A stretch of DNA of 64,000 nucleotides, taken from positions 3,712,001 to 3,776,000 of the forward strand of contig CP181291.1 in NCBI GenBank assembly GCA_052279835.1, written 5' to 3'. Position 1 is the stretch's first letter; each line of letters begins with the position of its first letter. The notes beneath the pieces are model-generated. The model did no database searches and was not told where the DNA came from. It was given only the letters and a program-made list of their open reading frames with translations. The position numbers and the translations under genes are program-made. The DNA is from Microcoleus sp. Lineage in GTDB: Bacteria > Cyanobacteriota > Cyanobacteriia > Cyanobacteriales > Microcoleaceae. This document shows positions 10,593 to 21,289 of this stretch, in pieces.

Positions 10593-11057
10593 GTAGAGTT
10601 CGGTAATGAGGCGATCGACTTAACATAGCTGGTAAAAGTCCAATGGCGTTCCCCGATTTCTTCAAGAAGTCGGGGAACTTCTGTATCTTACCTAATAAGT
10701 GAGACCTTCCTGGACGCAAAAAACCCGGTTTTTGAGAAAAAATCGTCGCTCTCTCCTAGAGATATGAACGCAGAAACCGGGTTTTTGACCCTCCGTGTGT
10801 CCAGGGGACTGTGAGAATCCAAAAATATGTGGGTAGGTTAACTGAATCAGAGCCTTCTGGGTTCTGCCTTCTGACTTCTAACGTGTTTCTAAGCGGGAGA
10901 GTGTCAAAATGAAATATGGCTCCTAAGCTGTTAAAGATGCGAGGATTGTTTCAGTTTAGCTGTTGGCAGTTCCAGAATCTCAGCAAAAACAAATGTAGCC
11001 GATCGGGAGTAGCTCCTCACTGTCCCAAGCGCTCTATATGTAAGGAGGATTTGTATT

Positions 11058-11876
11058 ATGAAAGATGGACAAGAAGCACGCCGCGTACCCACAGCCGTGG
11101 TTGCCGGTGTTTGCGGGTTGGCTTTATTAACGGGAGGGAGCATTGCTTGGTGGACTGCCAACCGTTCCTCAACGTCAGCAGACACTCAGTCTACTGCTGG
11201 GACTACCTCTGGGGCACTTTCCCCCACTCCTGGGGAATCGCCTGCTGTAATTATCCCCGTACCTGCTCCAACTCCTGTTGATACACCCCAGGCTCAGACA
11301 CCAGCAGCTCAGACACCAGCAGCTCAGACGCCATCATATCCCACACCCCAGGCTCAGACGCCAGCAGCTCCAACACCCCAGGCTTTGACACCGCAGGTTA
11401 TTAAGCCACAACAGTCTCAGCCTAAGTCTGTGTCGCCGACGGCTACCCAGACAGTGCAAGTCTACTGGGTTAAAGATGGGGGAGGCAAGTTTGAGGCAGT
11501 TCCTAGCAAGGTAGCTCTCAAAGAAGTCGATCGACCTGATGCTGCCCTACAGGCTGCTTTTAACAGTTTGTTGGCTGGACCAAAGGATACAAAGGTTTTT
11601 AGCGAAATTCCCAAGGGGACAAAACTCAGGAGTTTGAGTGTCAATAATCAGGGAGTTTACGTCGATTTGTCTGCCGAATTTACTTCGGGAGGAGGCAGTA
11701 GTTCCATGAGCAGTCGGTTGGGGCAAGTGATCTATACGGCCACGAGTTTAAAACCGAATGCCAAAGTTTGGATTTCGGTGGAAGGTAAGCCTTTAGAGCT
11801 TTTGGGTGGCGAAGGGTTGGAGGTGGCTCAGCCGAGTACCCGTCAAACTTTCGATAAAAATTTTCCGGTGCCGTAA
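11058..11876 (+). CDS. GerMN domain protein with Pro/Gln/Thr-rich linker
   Basis: N-terminal TM helix, QTPAA repeats, VDLSAEFTSGGGS..RLGQVIYTATS. Confidence 0.85.
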   Translation: MKDGQEARRVPTAVVAGVCGLALLTGGSIAWWTANRSSTSADTQSTAGTTSGALSPTPGESPAVIIPVPAPTPVDTPQAQTPAAQTPAAQTPSYPTPQAQTPAAPTPQALTPQVIKPQQSQPKSVSPTATQTVQVYWVKDGGGKFEAVPSKVALKEVDRPDAALQAAFNSLLAGPKDTKVFSEIPKGTKLRSLSVNNQGVYVDLSAEFTSGGGSSSMSSRLGQVIYTATSLKPNAKVWISVEGKPLELLGGEGLEVAQPSTRQTFDKNFPVP

Positions 11877-11989
11877 TTTTTAGTCCTTCGTCATGAGTCA
11901 TTGGTCATGAGTCATTAGTCAGAAGGCGGGGAATAGGGACTGCTCGCTGATGGCTGATGACTTTTGACCCTGAGCCTGGGGATGAAAAA

Positions 11990-12343
11990 TTAGAGCTTGG
12001 TATTCAGACTCAAGGCTCTAAATTGTTGGGCTTGTTGTTCTACCCTAGTCGCAAGCCGATCGCACACCATAGTAGACAACTCGAAAATCAACTCATCCTC
12101 TACCTTGTAATAGGCTGAAGTTCCTTCACTCCTGCGAGTGAGGATACCAGCTTGGAGCATGAGTTTTAGGTGTTTAGAAACATTGGCTTGACTGGTTTGA
12201 GTAGCTTCAACCAACTCTTGCACGCATTTTTCGCCGTCGCGAAGCAAGTTCAAAATTCGCAAACGCATCGGCTCGCTCAAAATACTGAAATACTCAGCAA
12301 CTTGTGGCACAACCTCTTGAGGAACAGGCTGGGATGACTTCAT
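11990..12343 (-). CDS. ArsR/SmtB family transcriptional regulator
   Basis: LSEPMRLRIL, SQANVSKHL HTH; start placed at MKSSQ. Confidence 0.88.
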   Translation of the reverse strand: MKSSQPVPQEVVPQVAEYFSILSEPMRLRILNLLRDGEKCVQELVEATQTSQANVSKHLKLMLQAGILTRRSEGTSAYYKVEDELIFELSTMVCDRLATRVEQQAQQFRALSLNTKL

Positions 12344-12412
12344 CAAGCTCACCTGGGAGAAGTGATCGGGAAATAGGAGGATTAATTCTGTATATAACAA
12401 TCAAGTAATCCT

Positions 12413-12967
12413 TCAATCCGGATTAATCCTCATCAAAACTTGACCGTACTCCACAGGTTCCCCATTTTGAACTAAGATTTCCATCACTTGACCCGATACC
12501 TCATCGGCATCGATTTCATTCATGAGCTTCATCGCTTCAATAATGCACACTGTCTGGCCCACCTTGATGCGATCGCCAAGCGCCACAAAAGGCGGTTCAT
12601 CGGGAGCAGCCGCGCGATAAAAAGTTCCTACCATCGGCGAAATAATTGACACCCATTTGGTATCCACAGGAGCAGGCACGGAGGCCAGCACGGGAGCAGG
12701 AGCCGAGGGTGCTGGGCTAGTGATATTTGCTGCTGAATTTTGGTCTAAAGCAGGAGGTGACGCTAAGGTGGGGCTAGCAAAAGTTTCTGCGATGGTCGCA
12801 AGAGGCGTAACTGCTGGATGACCAACAGCGACGGTTCTTGGTTCGTTGGCTTGAATGCCTTTGCGTACAGTCAGTTCAAGTTCTCCACTTTTTAACGTCA
12901 GCTCCGAAATGCCGGTTTGGTCTAAAACAGTTAGCAGTTCGCAGAGCTGGTTTAAGTCTAGTTGCAC
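12413..12967 (-). CDS. accB: Acetyl-CoA carboxylase biotin carboxyl carrier protein
   Basis: SPMVGTFY and EAMKLM biotinylation motif; adjacent to efp. Confidence 0.95.
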   Translation of the reverse strand: MQLDLNQLCELLTVLDQTGISELTLKSGELELTVRKGIQANEPRTVAVGHPAVTPLATIAETFASPTLASPPALDQNSAANITSPAPSAPAPVLASVPAPVDTKWVSIISPMVGTFYRAAAPDEPPFVALGDRIKVGQTVCIIEAMKLMNEIDADEVSGQVMEILVQNGEPVEYGQVLMRINPD

Positions 12968-13095
12968 AGCAGATTCAAGGGTAATTGATAATTGAGAATT
13001 GAAAATTGAAAATTGGGAATTGAAAATTGGACACCAGTGCGATCGAAAGCAGAGTTAGGGGGTTGAGGCTTCTGGCATCAACCCCAAAGCACCAT

Positions 13096-13656
13096 TTATG
13101 TCTCTCGCCCAAGATACTTGTCTTCGCGAGTATCGATCCGAATCCGTTCTCCAATGGAAATAAATAGAGGCACCATGATCTGAGCTCCGGTGGAGAGGAT
13201 GGCGGGTTTGCTACCGCCGGTGGCAGTATCTCCTTTAACTCCGGGATCGGTTTGGGTCACTTCTAAAACAACGGAGTTGGGCAGTTCTACTTCGAGGATT
13301 TGGTCGTTCCAGCGCAGGATGTTAACTTCCATCCCTTCATTGAGGTATTTGACCCGATCGCCTATTTCCTGGGAACTGAGGCGACTTTCCTCATAAGTTT
13401 CCATATCCATAAAGACGAACTGATCGCCCTCTTTATAGGTATATTGCATGGCGCTCTTTTCGAGGTTGGCTTGAGGCATAGTCTCCCCAGCCCGGAAGGT
13501 TCGTTCTACTACGTTACCGGTTTTGACATTTTTAAGTTTTGTCCGCACGAAAGCCGAGCCTTTTCCTGGCTTGACGTGGAGGAATTCAATTACCCGCCAC
13601 ACGCCGTCATTGACTACAATTGAAACACCTGGTCGAAAGTCGTTACTGGAAATCAT
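13096..13656 (-). CDS. efp: Elongation factor P
   Basis: [32 protein letters not shown]. Confidence 0.97.
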   Translation of the reverse strand: MISSNDFRPGVSIVVNDGVWRVIEFLHVKPGKGSAFVRTKLKNVKTGNVVERTFRAGETMPQANLEKSAMQYTYKEGDQFVFMDMETYEESRLSSQEIGDRVKYLNEGMEVNILRWNDQILEVELPNSVVLEVTQTDPGVKGDTATGGSKPAILSTGAQIMVPLFISIGERIRIDTREDKYLGRET

Positions 13657-13911
13657 ATAAATTTTTGCAGGCAATCCCGTCGCCCAAGGGCACGGGGGAA
13701 CTACTGTCAGCTTCAAACCGCAGTCTAGCTGACGGCATCAAAAAACAATTGGCATTTTATTTTACCGTTCAAAGGGAGCAAGTGCTTGACTAATCTGTTA
13801 ATCGTTGTGGCGAGTTGTCACTTGATTCTCCCTAGACGCAAGAACAGACACTTCAGCTTAGAGGGCGGACAGTGCTGTGGGAAGATGATAGAGACCATAA
13901 AAGTTAAAGTT

Positions 13912-15036
13912 ATGTTGCATTGGTCTAATTTCTCGATCGATAGGTGCAAGCGCTGGCTCAAAACCACTGTCTTAGCACTCCTGCTATTCACTTTTTCCCT
14001 CAGCTTCAGTTCGGTATCCCATGCCAAACGCCCTAGCAGCAGTATGCCTGCGGGGAATGCGATTACCGATGGCCGGGCGCTGCTGCGCTACGCTCTACCT
14101 ATTGACAATCAGACGGTGCGAGAGTTGCAAATCAGTCTCGAAGACATCGGGAACCACATACGCTCTAAACGTTGGGGCCCAATTAGTAGCGATGTCAGCA
14201 AGGCTTCCAGAATTCTCAGCATTCGCGAGTCTGATATTTTAAAGAGTATTCCCGACGCGAAAAAGCCCGAAGCCGAAACTCTAGTGGCAAAAGTCAAAGA
14301 AGGAGTTTCGCAACTGTCTGAGGCTGTTGAGGCCAAAGACAGGGAAAAAGTGATTGACTTGAAAGCCAAAATACTCCGTTCGGTTGGTGACATCGAAGAG
14401 TTGATGGTGACCAAGTTTCCCTTTGAAGTTCCTTCAGAATATGCTAATTTGCCTCAACTGAAGGGTCGCGCTACGGTGGCTGTAGAAACCGAGAAGGGGA
14501 CAATTAATGTTGTGGTTGATGGTTACAGTGCGCCGGTGACTGCTGGTAATTTTGTAGATTTAGTCGATCGAGGTTTTTATGATGGTTTGCCATTTATTCG
14601 ATCGGAAGAATCCTACGTGCTACAAACAGGAGACCCTGAAGGTAAGGAAGTAGGTTTTATAGACCCAGCTACTGGTAAATACCGGAATATTCCACTCGAA
14701 GTCCTCGTCAGGGACGAAAAAGAACCCATCTACGGAATTACTTTAGAAGATGCGGGGCGTTATCGCGACGAACCTGTGTTACCTTTTTCTGCCTATGGTA
14801 CTGTGGCTATGGCTCGTGCGGAAGCTGAACCAGATAGCGCTTCTTCGCAGTTTTTCTTTTTCTTGTTTGAACCGGAACTGACCCCTGCTGGTCTGAATTT
14901 GTTGGACGGTCGGTATACTGTTTTTGGTTACATGATTGAGGGAAAAGAAGTTTTGGATCAACTGAAGCAGGGAGACAAGATTGTGTCTGCTAAGGTAATT
15001 AAAGGAATGGAAAATTTGTTGCGACCTCAAGTTTAA
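13912..15036 (+). CDS. Thylakoid cyclophilin-type peptidyl-prolyl isomerase (TLP40/CYP38-like)
   Basis: Signal peptide, GNAITDGRALLRYALP, APVTAGNFVDLV, LDGRYTVFG; start uncertain. Confidence 0.85.
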   Translation: MLHWSNFSIDRCKRWLKTTVLALLLFTFSLSFSSVSHAKRPSSSMPAGNAITDGRALLRYALPIDNQTVRELQISLEDIGNHIRSKRWGPISSDVSKASRILSIRESDILKSIPDAKKPEAETLVAKVKEGVSQLSEAVEAKDREKVIDLKAKILRSVGDIEELMVTKFPFEVPSEYANLPQLKGRATVAVETEKGTINVVVDGYSAPVTAGNFVDLVDRGFYDGLPFIRSEESYVLQTGDPEGKEVGFIDPATGKYRNIPLEVLVRDEKEPIYGITLEDAGRYRDEPVLPFSAYGTVAMARAEAEPDSASSQFFFFLFEPELTPAGLNLLDGRYTVFGYMIEGKEVLDQLKQGDKIVSAKVIKGMENLLRPQV

Positions 15037-15310
15037 TGGGAGCATCCCGATTTTGCATAGGCGAAGCATGACCGCCGACAATTTATTAGTGATAACCAGA
15101 GATTTACAGAGGTCATGCTTCGCCCCTACGAATATATTTGCCAAACACAGATGCACCCAGTTTAATCAATGACGGCGATTGCAATCGCTTTGACACAAAA
15201 GTGAAGACGCATTAAATCGCTTGTTATCAAACCAAGCCCGCCCAGGCGGGCTATAAGATGTAAATAATGTTTATATCTGGGTTATTGAAATTAGAAATTA
15301 GCGCAAAAAT

Positions 15311-15625
15311 ATGGCATTATTAGAATTTTTATTGGTAATTGGAATGGGTGGATTTGTAGGTTTATTACTGATTAATAATTTGAATGAAAACAAACAAAAA
15401 CGACGCTTAGATGAGGCTTTTTATCAGTTATTGGAAAATCAAAATAGTCAAATTTCGCTGATTCAATTGGCGGCTAGCGCTAGGGTGGAGGCTCAAGTTG
15501 CACAGCAATATTTAGATGCACAAGTTAAGATTTTTTCGGCGATTTTAGAAGTGGATGATGAAGGAGATACTTTTTACAGATTTCCTAGGTTGCGCTTGCC
15601 GCCGAGTTCGGTGAAGGAATGGTGA
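15311..15625 (+). CDS. Hypothetical membrane-anchored protein
   Basis: 104-aa ORF with N-terminal TM and wHTH-like C-terminus. Confidence 0.6.
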   Translation: MALLEFLLVIGMGGFVGLLLINNLNENKQKRRLDEAFYQLLENQNSQISLIQLAASARVEAQVAQQYLDAQVKIFSAILEVDDEGDTFYRFPRLRLPPSSVKEW

Positions 15626-16699
15626 TTAGCGCAGTGAATAATTCCGTTCCCAAACTAACAACTCGCCGTTATTGCCACCTGCTGCGAGGAATTGACCTTG
15701 GGGATGCCAAGAAAGACAGGAAAAACCGGCATCGACACCCTCAAGAATTTGCAGCAATTCTTGTGCTTCGTACCACAAACAAAGTTGACTATCTTCCGAT
15801 GCAGAAGCTAATAACAATGTATTTGGTTGAAAGCCGATCGCCTGGACGACTTTTTCATGTACTTCTAATCCCCAAGCTTCCCAACCGACACTTTCATCAG
15901 CTTGTCTTTCCCACACAGAAATACCTTCTGAACTCGCAGCAGCTAATAAAGGATCGCCCAATGAATTAGTTCGATCGGACCAAGCCAAATGTCTAACTTT
16001 GCCGGGAAAACCCTGCATTACCCAAGGTTCCGAGTTACCCCATTCATTAACAATTAAGGTGTTATCCATATTGCCACAAGCTAGATATTTGCCGGAAGGG
16101 GACCAGGAAATTGCACCTGTTACGGATGGTACGGATAAGATATCTGGGTCATCATTCCAATCTGCCGCGTTCCAAACTTTTACACCTTGATAGCCGCTAA
16201 TTGCCAGATATTTATCAACAGGATGCCATGCTAAATCGAGGATTGAAGATGAATCAAAATTCAGGGTTACTTCTACTGTATTTTGATCGGCATTCCAAAC
16301 TTGAACTGAACGACCCATGCTGAAAGCTAATTGATGACCGTGAGGACTCCAAGCTAACTTATCAACCCAAACACGCTGGTTATCTAAACTAGCAATTAAT
16401 TTTCCAGAATTTACGTGCCAAATTAGCACTTTTCCATCTTGTCCGCCCGCAGCTAACAGTTGACTATCCGAAGAAAAAGACAAGCAATCTACTGATTTAC
16501 CAGTTGCAGTTTGCAGGGGTTCCAAGGAAAATTTATTGATTTTGCCGAGAATCCCTAACATAATTTCACCGGCGGCGGAACTGACTGCTAGAGTTTTGCC
16601 ATCGGGCGACCAAGTAACAGCAGTCACGTAGTCTGACAGCATTTCTTTGGCGTGAAATTTCAGGGTTAGTTCGCTTTTATTTTGGTCGTTGTTACCCAT
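15626..16699 (-). CDS. WD40 repeat protein
   Basis: Repeated WSPDG/WHP..LA..G.D...W units; follows a COG0523 GTPase. Confidence 0.9.
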   Translation of the reverse strand: MGNNDQNKSELTLKFHAKEMLSDYVTAVTWSPDGKTLAVSSAAGEIMLGILGKINKFSLEPLQTATGKSVDCLSFSSDSQLLAAGGQDGKVLIWHVNSGKLIASLDNQRVWVDKLAWSPHGHQLAFSMGRSVQVWNADQNTVEVTLNFDSSSILDLAWHPVDKYLAISGYQGVKVWNAADWNDDPDILSVPSVTGAISWSPSGKYLACGNMDNTLIVNEWGNSEPWVMQGFPGKVRHLAWSDRTNSLGDPLLAAASSEGISVWERQADESVGWEAWGLEVHEKVVQAIGFQPNTLLLASASEDSQLCLWYEAQELLQILEGVDAGFSCLSWHPQGQFLAAGGNNGELLVWERNYSLR

Positions 16700-16783
16700 A
16701 TTTATTTAATCTGAGATGTTCCAGTATTCTCAATAACGGGCTTTCTGGCCCGTTCCACAACTGATGAATTCGGAAGGTGTCAG

Positions 16784-17755
16784 TTAAATCAGACACTGAC
16801 GAAAATCTGCTTTTAATTGAGTTTCATTTAAGTTGCGTCCAATGAATACGAGTTCGTTTTTCGGAGTTTCATTGGTTTTCCATGGTCTATCTGGTCTACC
16901 ATCAAATAGCATATGCACGCCTTGAAATACAAATCTCCTGTTTTCTCCAGCAATATTTAAAATACCTTTGGTCCGAAAGATATCCGGGCCTTTAGTCTGC
17001 AACAATTGGGAGATCCAGTCGCTAAATTTGTTGCCATCAACCGCGCCGGATTCTTGGATGGCGATGGAAGTTACTGTGTCGTCGTGTTCGTGTTCGTGTT
17101 CGCCTAAAAAATCTGGTTCAATTTCTAAGGCTCGATTCAAATCAAATGCTTTTACTCCTAACAATGCTGACATTTCTATTTCAGCATTGCGGGTGCGATG
17201 AATTTTTGCCATTGCATTCATGCTGCGAATCCGCGTTTCTAATTCTGCCAATTCTGCTGGGGTGACTAAATCTGTTTTGTTCAGCAAAATGACATCAGCA
17301 AAGGCAATTTGTTCTTGAGCTTCGTCGGAGTCCCAGTGCTGCCAGATGTGCTTGGCATCTACTACGGTGACAACGGCATCTAGCAGTAATTTATCGCGCA
17401 TATCTTCGTCTACGAAGAATGTCTGAATTACAGGTGCGGGGTCGGCTAAACCTGTGGTTTCGATGACTAGGTGGTCGAATTTGTCCCGGCGCTTCATGAG
17501 GTTGCCGATAATCCGAATTAAGTCGCCTCGGACTGTGCAGCAAATGCAGCCGTTGTTCATTTCAAAAATTTCTTCGTCGGCATCGATAATGAGTTGGTTG
17601 TCGATGCCTACTTCGCCAAATTCGTTGACGATGACTGCAACTTTTTTGCCGTGTTCGTGGGTTAAAATGCGGTTGAGTAGGGTGGTTTTGCCTGCACCTA
17701 GATAGCCTGTGAGAACTGTCACGGGAACTGATTCGATCGCAGCAGCAGTCACCAT
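16784..17755 (-). CDS. COG0523/CobW-family metallochaperone GTPase
   Basis: GYLGAGKTT, GCICC, ETTGLADP, NKTD, His-rich HEHEHD. Confidence 0.92.
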   Translation of the reverse strand: MVTAAAIESVPVTVLTGYLGAGKTTLLNRILTHEHGKKVAVIVNEFGEVGIDNQLIIDADEEIFEMNNGCICCTVRGDLIRIIGNLMKRRDKFDHLVIETTGLADPAPVIQTFFVDEDMRDKLLLDAVVTVVDAKHIWQHWDSDEAQEQIAFADVILLNKTDLVTPAELAELETRIRSMNAMAKIHRTRNAEIEMSALLGVKAFDLNRALEIEPDFLGEHEHEHDDTVTSIAIQESGAVDGNKFSDWISQLLQTKGPDIFRTKGILNIAGENRRFVFQGVHMLFDGRPDRPWKTNETPKNELVFIGRNLNETQLKADFRQCLI

Positions 17756-17840
17756 ATTTTACCTCACTTGTTTTATGATACCTGTCATTGATATTTTACA
17801 CCAGACTTGTTGCTAGTAATAAAAATATTACGCATGGGGC

Positions 17841-17990
17841 TAGAAACCGGGTTTCTACGAGTTTTGCCTACAGGAATCAGAAATATAGCAAGAAACCCGG
17901 TTTCTGAAGTCAGCAGCCATGGGGCTAGAAACCGGGTTTCTGCGAGTTTTGCCCACAGGAACGAGAAATATAGCAAGAAACCCGGTTTCT
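17841..17990. repeat. REP-like palindromic repeats (AGAAACCGGGTTTCT ... AGAAACCCGGTTTCT), two tandem units
   Basis: Same inverted motif recurs near 8835, 10720-10790, 45843-45910, 58510-58830 and 61980-62130. Confidence 0.8.
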
Positions 17991-18007
17991 GAAGTCAGCG
18001 TGGGTGA

Positions 18008-19042
18008 TTAATTGCTCATTATCGCTACAATGCGATCGCGATCGAGTTCTCTACCGATAAACACCAATTTAGTTTGGCGAAGTTCCGAAGGTGCCCAAGG
18101 GCGATCGTAAAAATGTTCGATGCGCGAGCCCACACCCTGCAACACCATCCTCATCGGCTTCTTGGGAACCGCCACAAACCCTTTAATCCGATAAATCTCT
18201 TGACTTTGCATCAACGATTGCAGTTTTTCGACCAAAGCTTCTGGTTCAAATTCGCGATCGGCAATAAAATAAGTTGAGGTAATATCATCATCATGGTCGT
18301 GTTCTTCCTCAGTGTCGTGATGGCTGGGACGAGACTCCAAATTATCCTCAACTGCCGCATTAAATCCCAATAACACATCAGGATTAATTTCGCCACCTTT
18401 GCAAGGTACAATTTTCACACTAGGACGTAATTCTTGCTGCAACCAAGTTTGGACTTTTTTCTGAGTTTCAACATCCACGCGATCGACCTTAGTCAAAAGT
18501 ACCATATCAGCACAAGCCAACTGGTCTTCAAACAATTCCTCGATCGGCGTCTCATGATCTAAACTATCATCAGCCTGTCGCTGCGCCATCAAAGCATCAA
18601 TATCGCCCACAAAATTACCACTAGCAAGGGCTTCGCAATCGACAACAGCTACGACACCATCTACGGTAGCACCAGTCCGAATTTCCGGCCAGCGAAAAGC
18701 TTGAATTAAAGGTTTAGGAAGTGCGAGTCCAGAAGTCTCAATCAATATGCAATCAATTTGTGCGCGACGCTTCAATAATTCTTGCATTGTGGGCAAAAAT
18801 TCCTCTTGAACCGTGCAGCAAAGACAGCCATTTGTCAATTCTAAAATATTGCTGCTGACATCTTCTTCTTCATCGCAAACTTGGCAGTCACGCAACAGTT
18901 CGCCGTCGATGCCGACTTCGCCAAATTCATTCACAATAACTGCGATGCGGCGGCCTTGATTATTTTGCAATAAGTGGCGAATGGCGGTGGTTTTGCCACT
19001 ACCGAGAAAGCCCGTAATGACTGTAACAGGAATTTTGTGCAT
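18008..19042 (-). CDS. cobW: Cobalamin biosynthesis protein CobW
   Basis: GFLGSGKTT, GCLCCTV, ETSGLALPKPL..AF.WP, SLDHETP..ELFEDQL; downstream of a B12 riboswitch. Confidence 0.9.
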   Translation of the reverse strand: MHKIPVTVITGFLGSGKTTAIRHLLQNNQGRRIAVIVNEFGEVGIDGELLRDCQVCDEEEDVSSNILELTNGCLCCTVQEEFLPTMQELLKRRAQIDCILIETSGLALPKPLIQAFRWPEIRTGATVDGVVAVVDCEALASGNFVGDIDALMAQRQADDSLDHETPIEELFEDQLACADMVLLTKVDRVDVETQKKVQTWLQQELRPSVKIVPCKGGEINPDVLLGFNAAVEDNLESRPSHHDTEEEHDHDDDITSTYFIADREFEPEALVEKLQSLMQSQEIYRIKGFVAVPKKPMRMVLQGVGSRIEHFYDRPWAPSELRQTKLVFIGRELDRDRIVAIMSN

Positions 19043-19074
19043 TAGTAATTTAGTTGTTGTTTTGTGATGGGATA

Positions 19075-19200
19075 TCTCGTTCCTAGGCTCTGCCTGGAAA
19101 TGTCGATCTAGAGGCTCTGCCTCGATCGAATAACTCGCGCTTTTAATACGAGGCAGAGCCTCTGGGTATGCGTTCCCAGGCAGAGCCTGGGAACGAGGAA
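19075..19200. repeat. REP-like inverted repeat family (GTTCCCAGGCTCTGCCTGGGAA / GAGGCAGAGCCTC)
   Basis: Inverted-repeat unit; similar sequence at about 58456-58502 and 58713-58758. Confidence 0.7.
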
Positions 19201-19219
19201 CAAGGAAACGATGAATACT

Positions 19220-19630
19220 CTAATTATGCAGTGGTGGAATTTTAGCTATAACTCCTTTTTTCAAAGCTTGAGGACGTTCTGACCAAGGCAACAAACCATC
19301 GGGTTTAGCATAGTATTGACTCGCGCATTCCAGTACAGCCTCGACGCTTTCCGATTGATTGGGAGGTAAGTCACCAAACAGATAAGTGTACTTTCCAGCA
19401 GCAGCAAAAGACACAGCACAAGAGTGACTGCAAGCACTCATGCACTCAACTTCTTGAATGTCAAATTCATCCGAAAATTCCCAATCCTTAGCCAGTTGCG
19501 ACAAGTCTTCCAAGAATTGTTGGCCGCCACTTTTGCCTTCTCGCTTGCCGTTTTTCCAAACACTCGCGCAAGCAGTGCAAACAAGTAGACTGTGCTTGGT
19601 GCGTACAGTCTTATTAATTCCATTCATCAT
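19220..19630 (-). CDS. DUF1636 family Cys-rich metal-binding protein
   Basis: VCTAC, VECMSACSHSC, YLFGDL, W.ERP..L..G..AKIPP. Confidence 0.85.
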   Translation of the reverse strand: MMNGINKTVRTKHSLLVCTACASVWKNGKREGKSGGQQFLEDLSQLAKDWEFSDEFDIQEVECMSACSHSCAVSFAAAGKYTYLFGDLPPNQSESVEAVLECASQYYAKPDGLLPWSERPQALKKGVIAKIPPLHN

Positions 19631-19665
19631 CCGTACCTCGCAGATGCGTTCAAAAGTGAGTTAGA

Positions 19666-19785
<120 letters not shown>

Positions 19786-19949
19786 GCAACTTCACATCAT
19801 ACCGCATTTGTCGCCATTTTGGGAAAAACTTAAGTTGCTAAGGTGAACCGCTTAATATCTAGTAGCATAAATTTACAGCCAGTTATTAATAAAAACTTTA
19901 GTCTTAATTTTGCCATCTTTTAATGACTGAAGTCCTATATAATTGTAAG

Positions 19950-20180
19950 TACGATCGTCCGAGGATGTACTGTCACTGACCCAGGGCTGAAGCCACTGGG
20001 CTTGCAAGAGATGGACTAACCGCCTTTCAAATGTGGGACTAAAACAGTGTCTAGCCATTAACTGAACTGTCTGAGCGTGGTAGCTCGATAGACGTTAAGA
20101 ATGCCTCCCTAGTTTTCAACCTCTCTGACAGTCAGTGGCGAAGGGATATACACACTTCTAGCAATAGGAGATTTACGATC
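19950..20180 (+). ncRNA. Putative omegaRNA (5' guide from flank ~19950-19971 plus scaffold)
   Basis: About 210-nt non-coding stretch between the element end and isrB, the usual omegaRNA position; boundaries inferred. Confidence 0.65.
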
Positions 20181-21289
20181 AAATGTTCGTACCAGTAGTT
20201 GACCAAAATAACTATCCTCTGATGCCAACCACCCCAAGTAGGGCAAGACGTTGGATTAAATCAGGCAAGGCTACACCATTTTTTAAAAAAGGAGTTTTTT
20301 GTGTTCGATTAAATCAAGAACCATCGAGGAGAAATATTCAACCAATTGCTGTTGGAATTGATCCAGGAAGCAAACGTGAAGGTTATACAGTAAAGTCAAA
20401 AGCACACACTTACCTAAACATCCAAGCTCACGCGGTTGATTGGGTAAAAGACCATGTAGAAGTTAGGCGCAATATGCGACGTGCCAGAAGATTTCGCAAT
20501 ACTCCGTGCCGTCAAAACCGGAAAAACCGACTGGTAAACCAACAAAAATTACCGCCATCGACTAAAGCTAGATGGCAATGGAAACTACGTATTTGCAAGT
20601 GGTTGACGCTGATGTTCCCTGTATCTACTTTTATGGTTGAAGACATAAAAGCAAAAACCTGGAAAGGTGCAAAAAAGTGGAATGTAATGTTTAGCCCATT
20701 AGAAGTTGGTAAAAAGTGGTTCTATTGCGAGCTAGAAAAACTTGCTAACTTAGAAACGAGGACAGGCAACGATACTTATTCTGGGCGTCAGGAGCTGGGT
20801 TTGAAAAAATCTAAAAACAAGCTATCTAACAAGTTTGAAGCACATTGTGTTGACTCTTGGGTGCTAGCAAACTGGTTTGTAGGTGGGCATAAAAAGCCAG
20901 ACAATATACAGCTAATTGAGGTGATCCCACTAGAGTTTCATCGCCGTCAGTTGCACCGATTACAGCACTCGGCTGGACATATTAGGTCTAGATATGGTGG
21001 AACAATTAGCGCAGGATTTAAGCGCGGTTCAGTAGTAAAACATCCTAAGCTTGGGTTTTGTTATGTGGGTGGTTGGCAAGAATCACCAACCAAAAAAGAC
21101 CCAAACCGAAAAACAATTAGCTTGCACAATCTAATCACAGGTAAGCGATTAACTCAAAATGCAATTCCTAAAGATTGTCAATTCAAAACTTACGGTTCAT
21201 GGAGGATATCCACGGCGACTAAAGTCGCTTGAGTCTTGTTTCCTCTCAGCGCTGAAGCGACTGAGTTTCCACACATCCCATGAGGTTTT
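19972..21289 (+). mobile_element. Non-autonomous IS200/IS605-superfamily element carrying isrB and its omegaRNA
   Basis: Begins GTCA; equivalent subterminal hairpins CCCAGGGCTGAAGCCACTGGG (19980-20000) and CTCAGCGCTGAAGCGACTGAG (21245-21265); followed by ATGA; no tnpA inside. Confidence 0.8.
20183..21232 (+). CDS. isrB: IsrB RNA-guided nickase (PLMP/RRXRR, split RuvC, no HNH)
   Basis: PLMP N-terminus, RuvC-I VGIDPG, bridge helix RRNMRRARR, RuvC-II MVEDI, RuvC-III HCVDS; 349 aa, no HNH/CxxC insertion. Confidence 0.85.
   Translation: MFVPVVDQNNYPLMPTTPSRARRWIKSGKATPFFKKGVFCVRLNQEPSRRNIQPIAVGIDPGSKREGYTVKSKAHTYLNIQAHAVDWVKDHVEVRRNMRRARRFRNTPCRQNRKNRLVNQQKLPPSTKARWQWKLRICKWLTLMFPVSTFMVEDIKAKTWKGAKKWNVMFSPLEVGKKWFYCELEKLANLETRTGNDTYSGRQELGLKKSKNKLSNKFEAHCVDSWVLANWFVGGHKKPDNIQLIEVIPLEFHRRQLHRLQHSAGHIRSRYGGTISAGFKRGSVVKHPKLGFCYVGGWQESPTKKDPNRKTISLHNLITGKRLTQNAIPKDCQFKTYGSWRISTATKVA

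Noticed and set aside
20183..21232. IscB or Cas9-like nuclease
   Set aside because: No HNH domain or CxxC insertion between RuvC-II and RuvC-III; size and motifs fit IsrB
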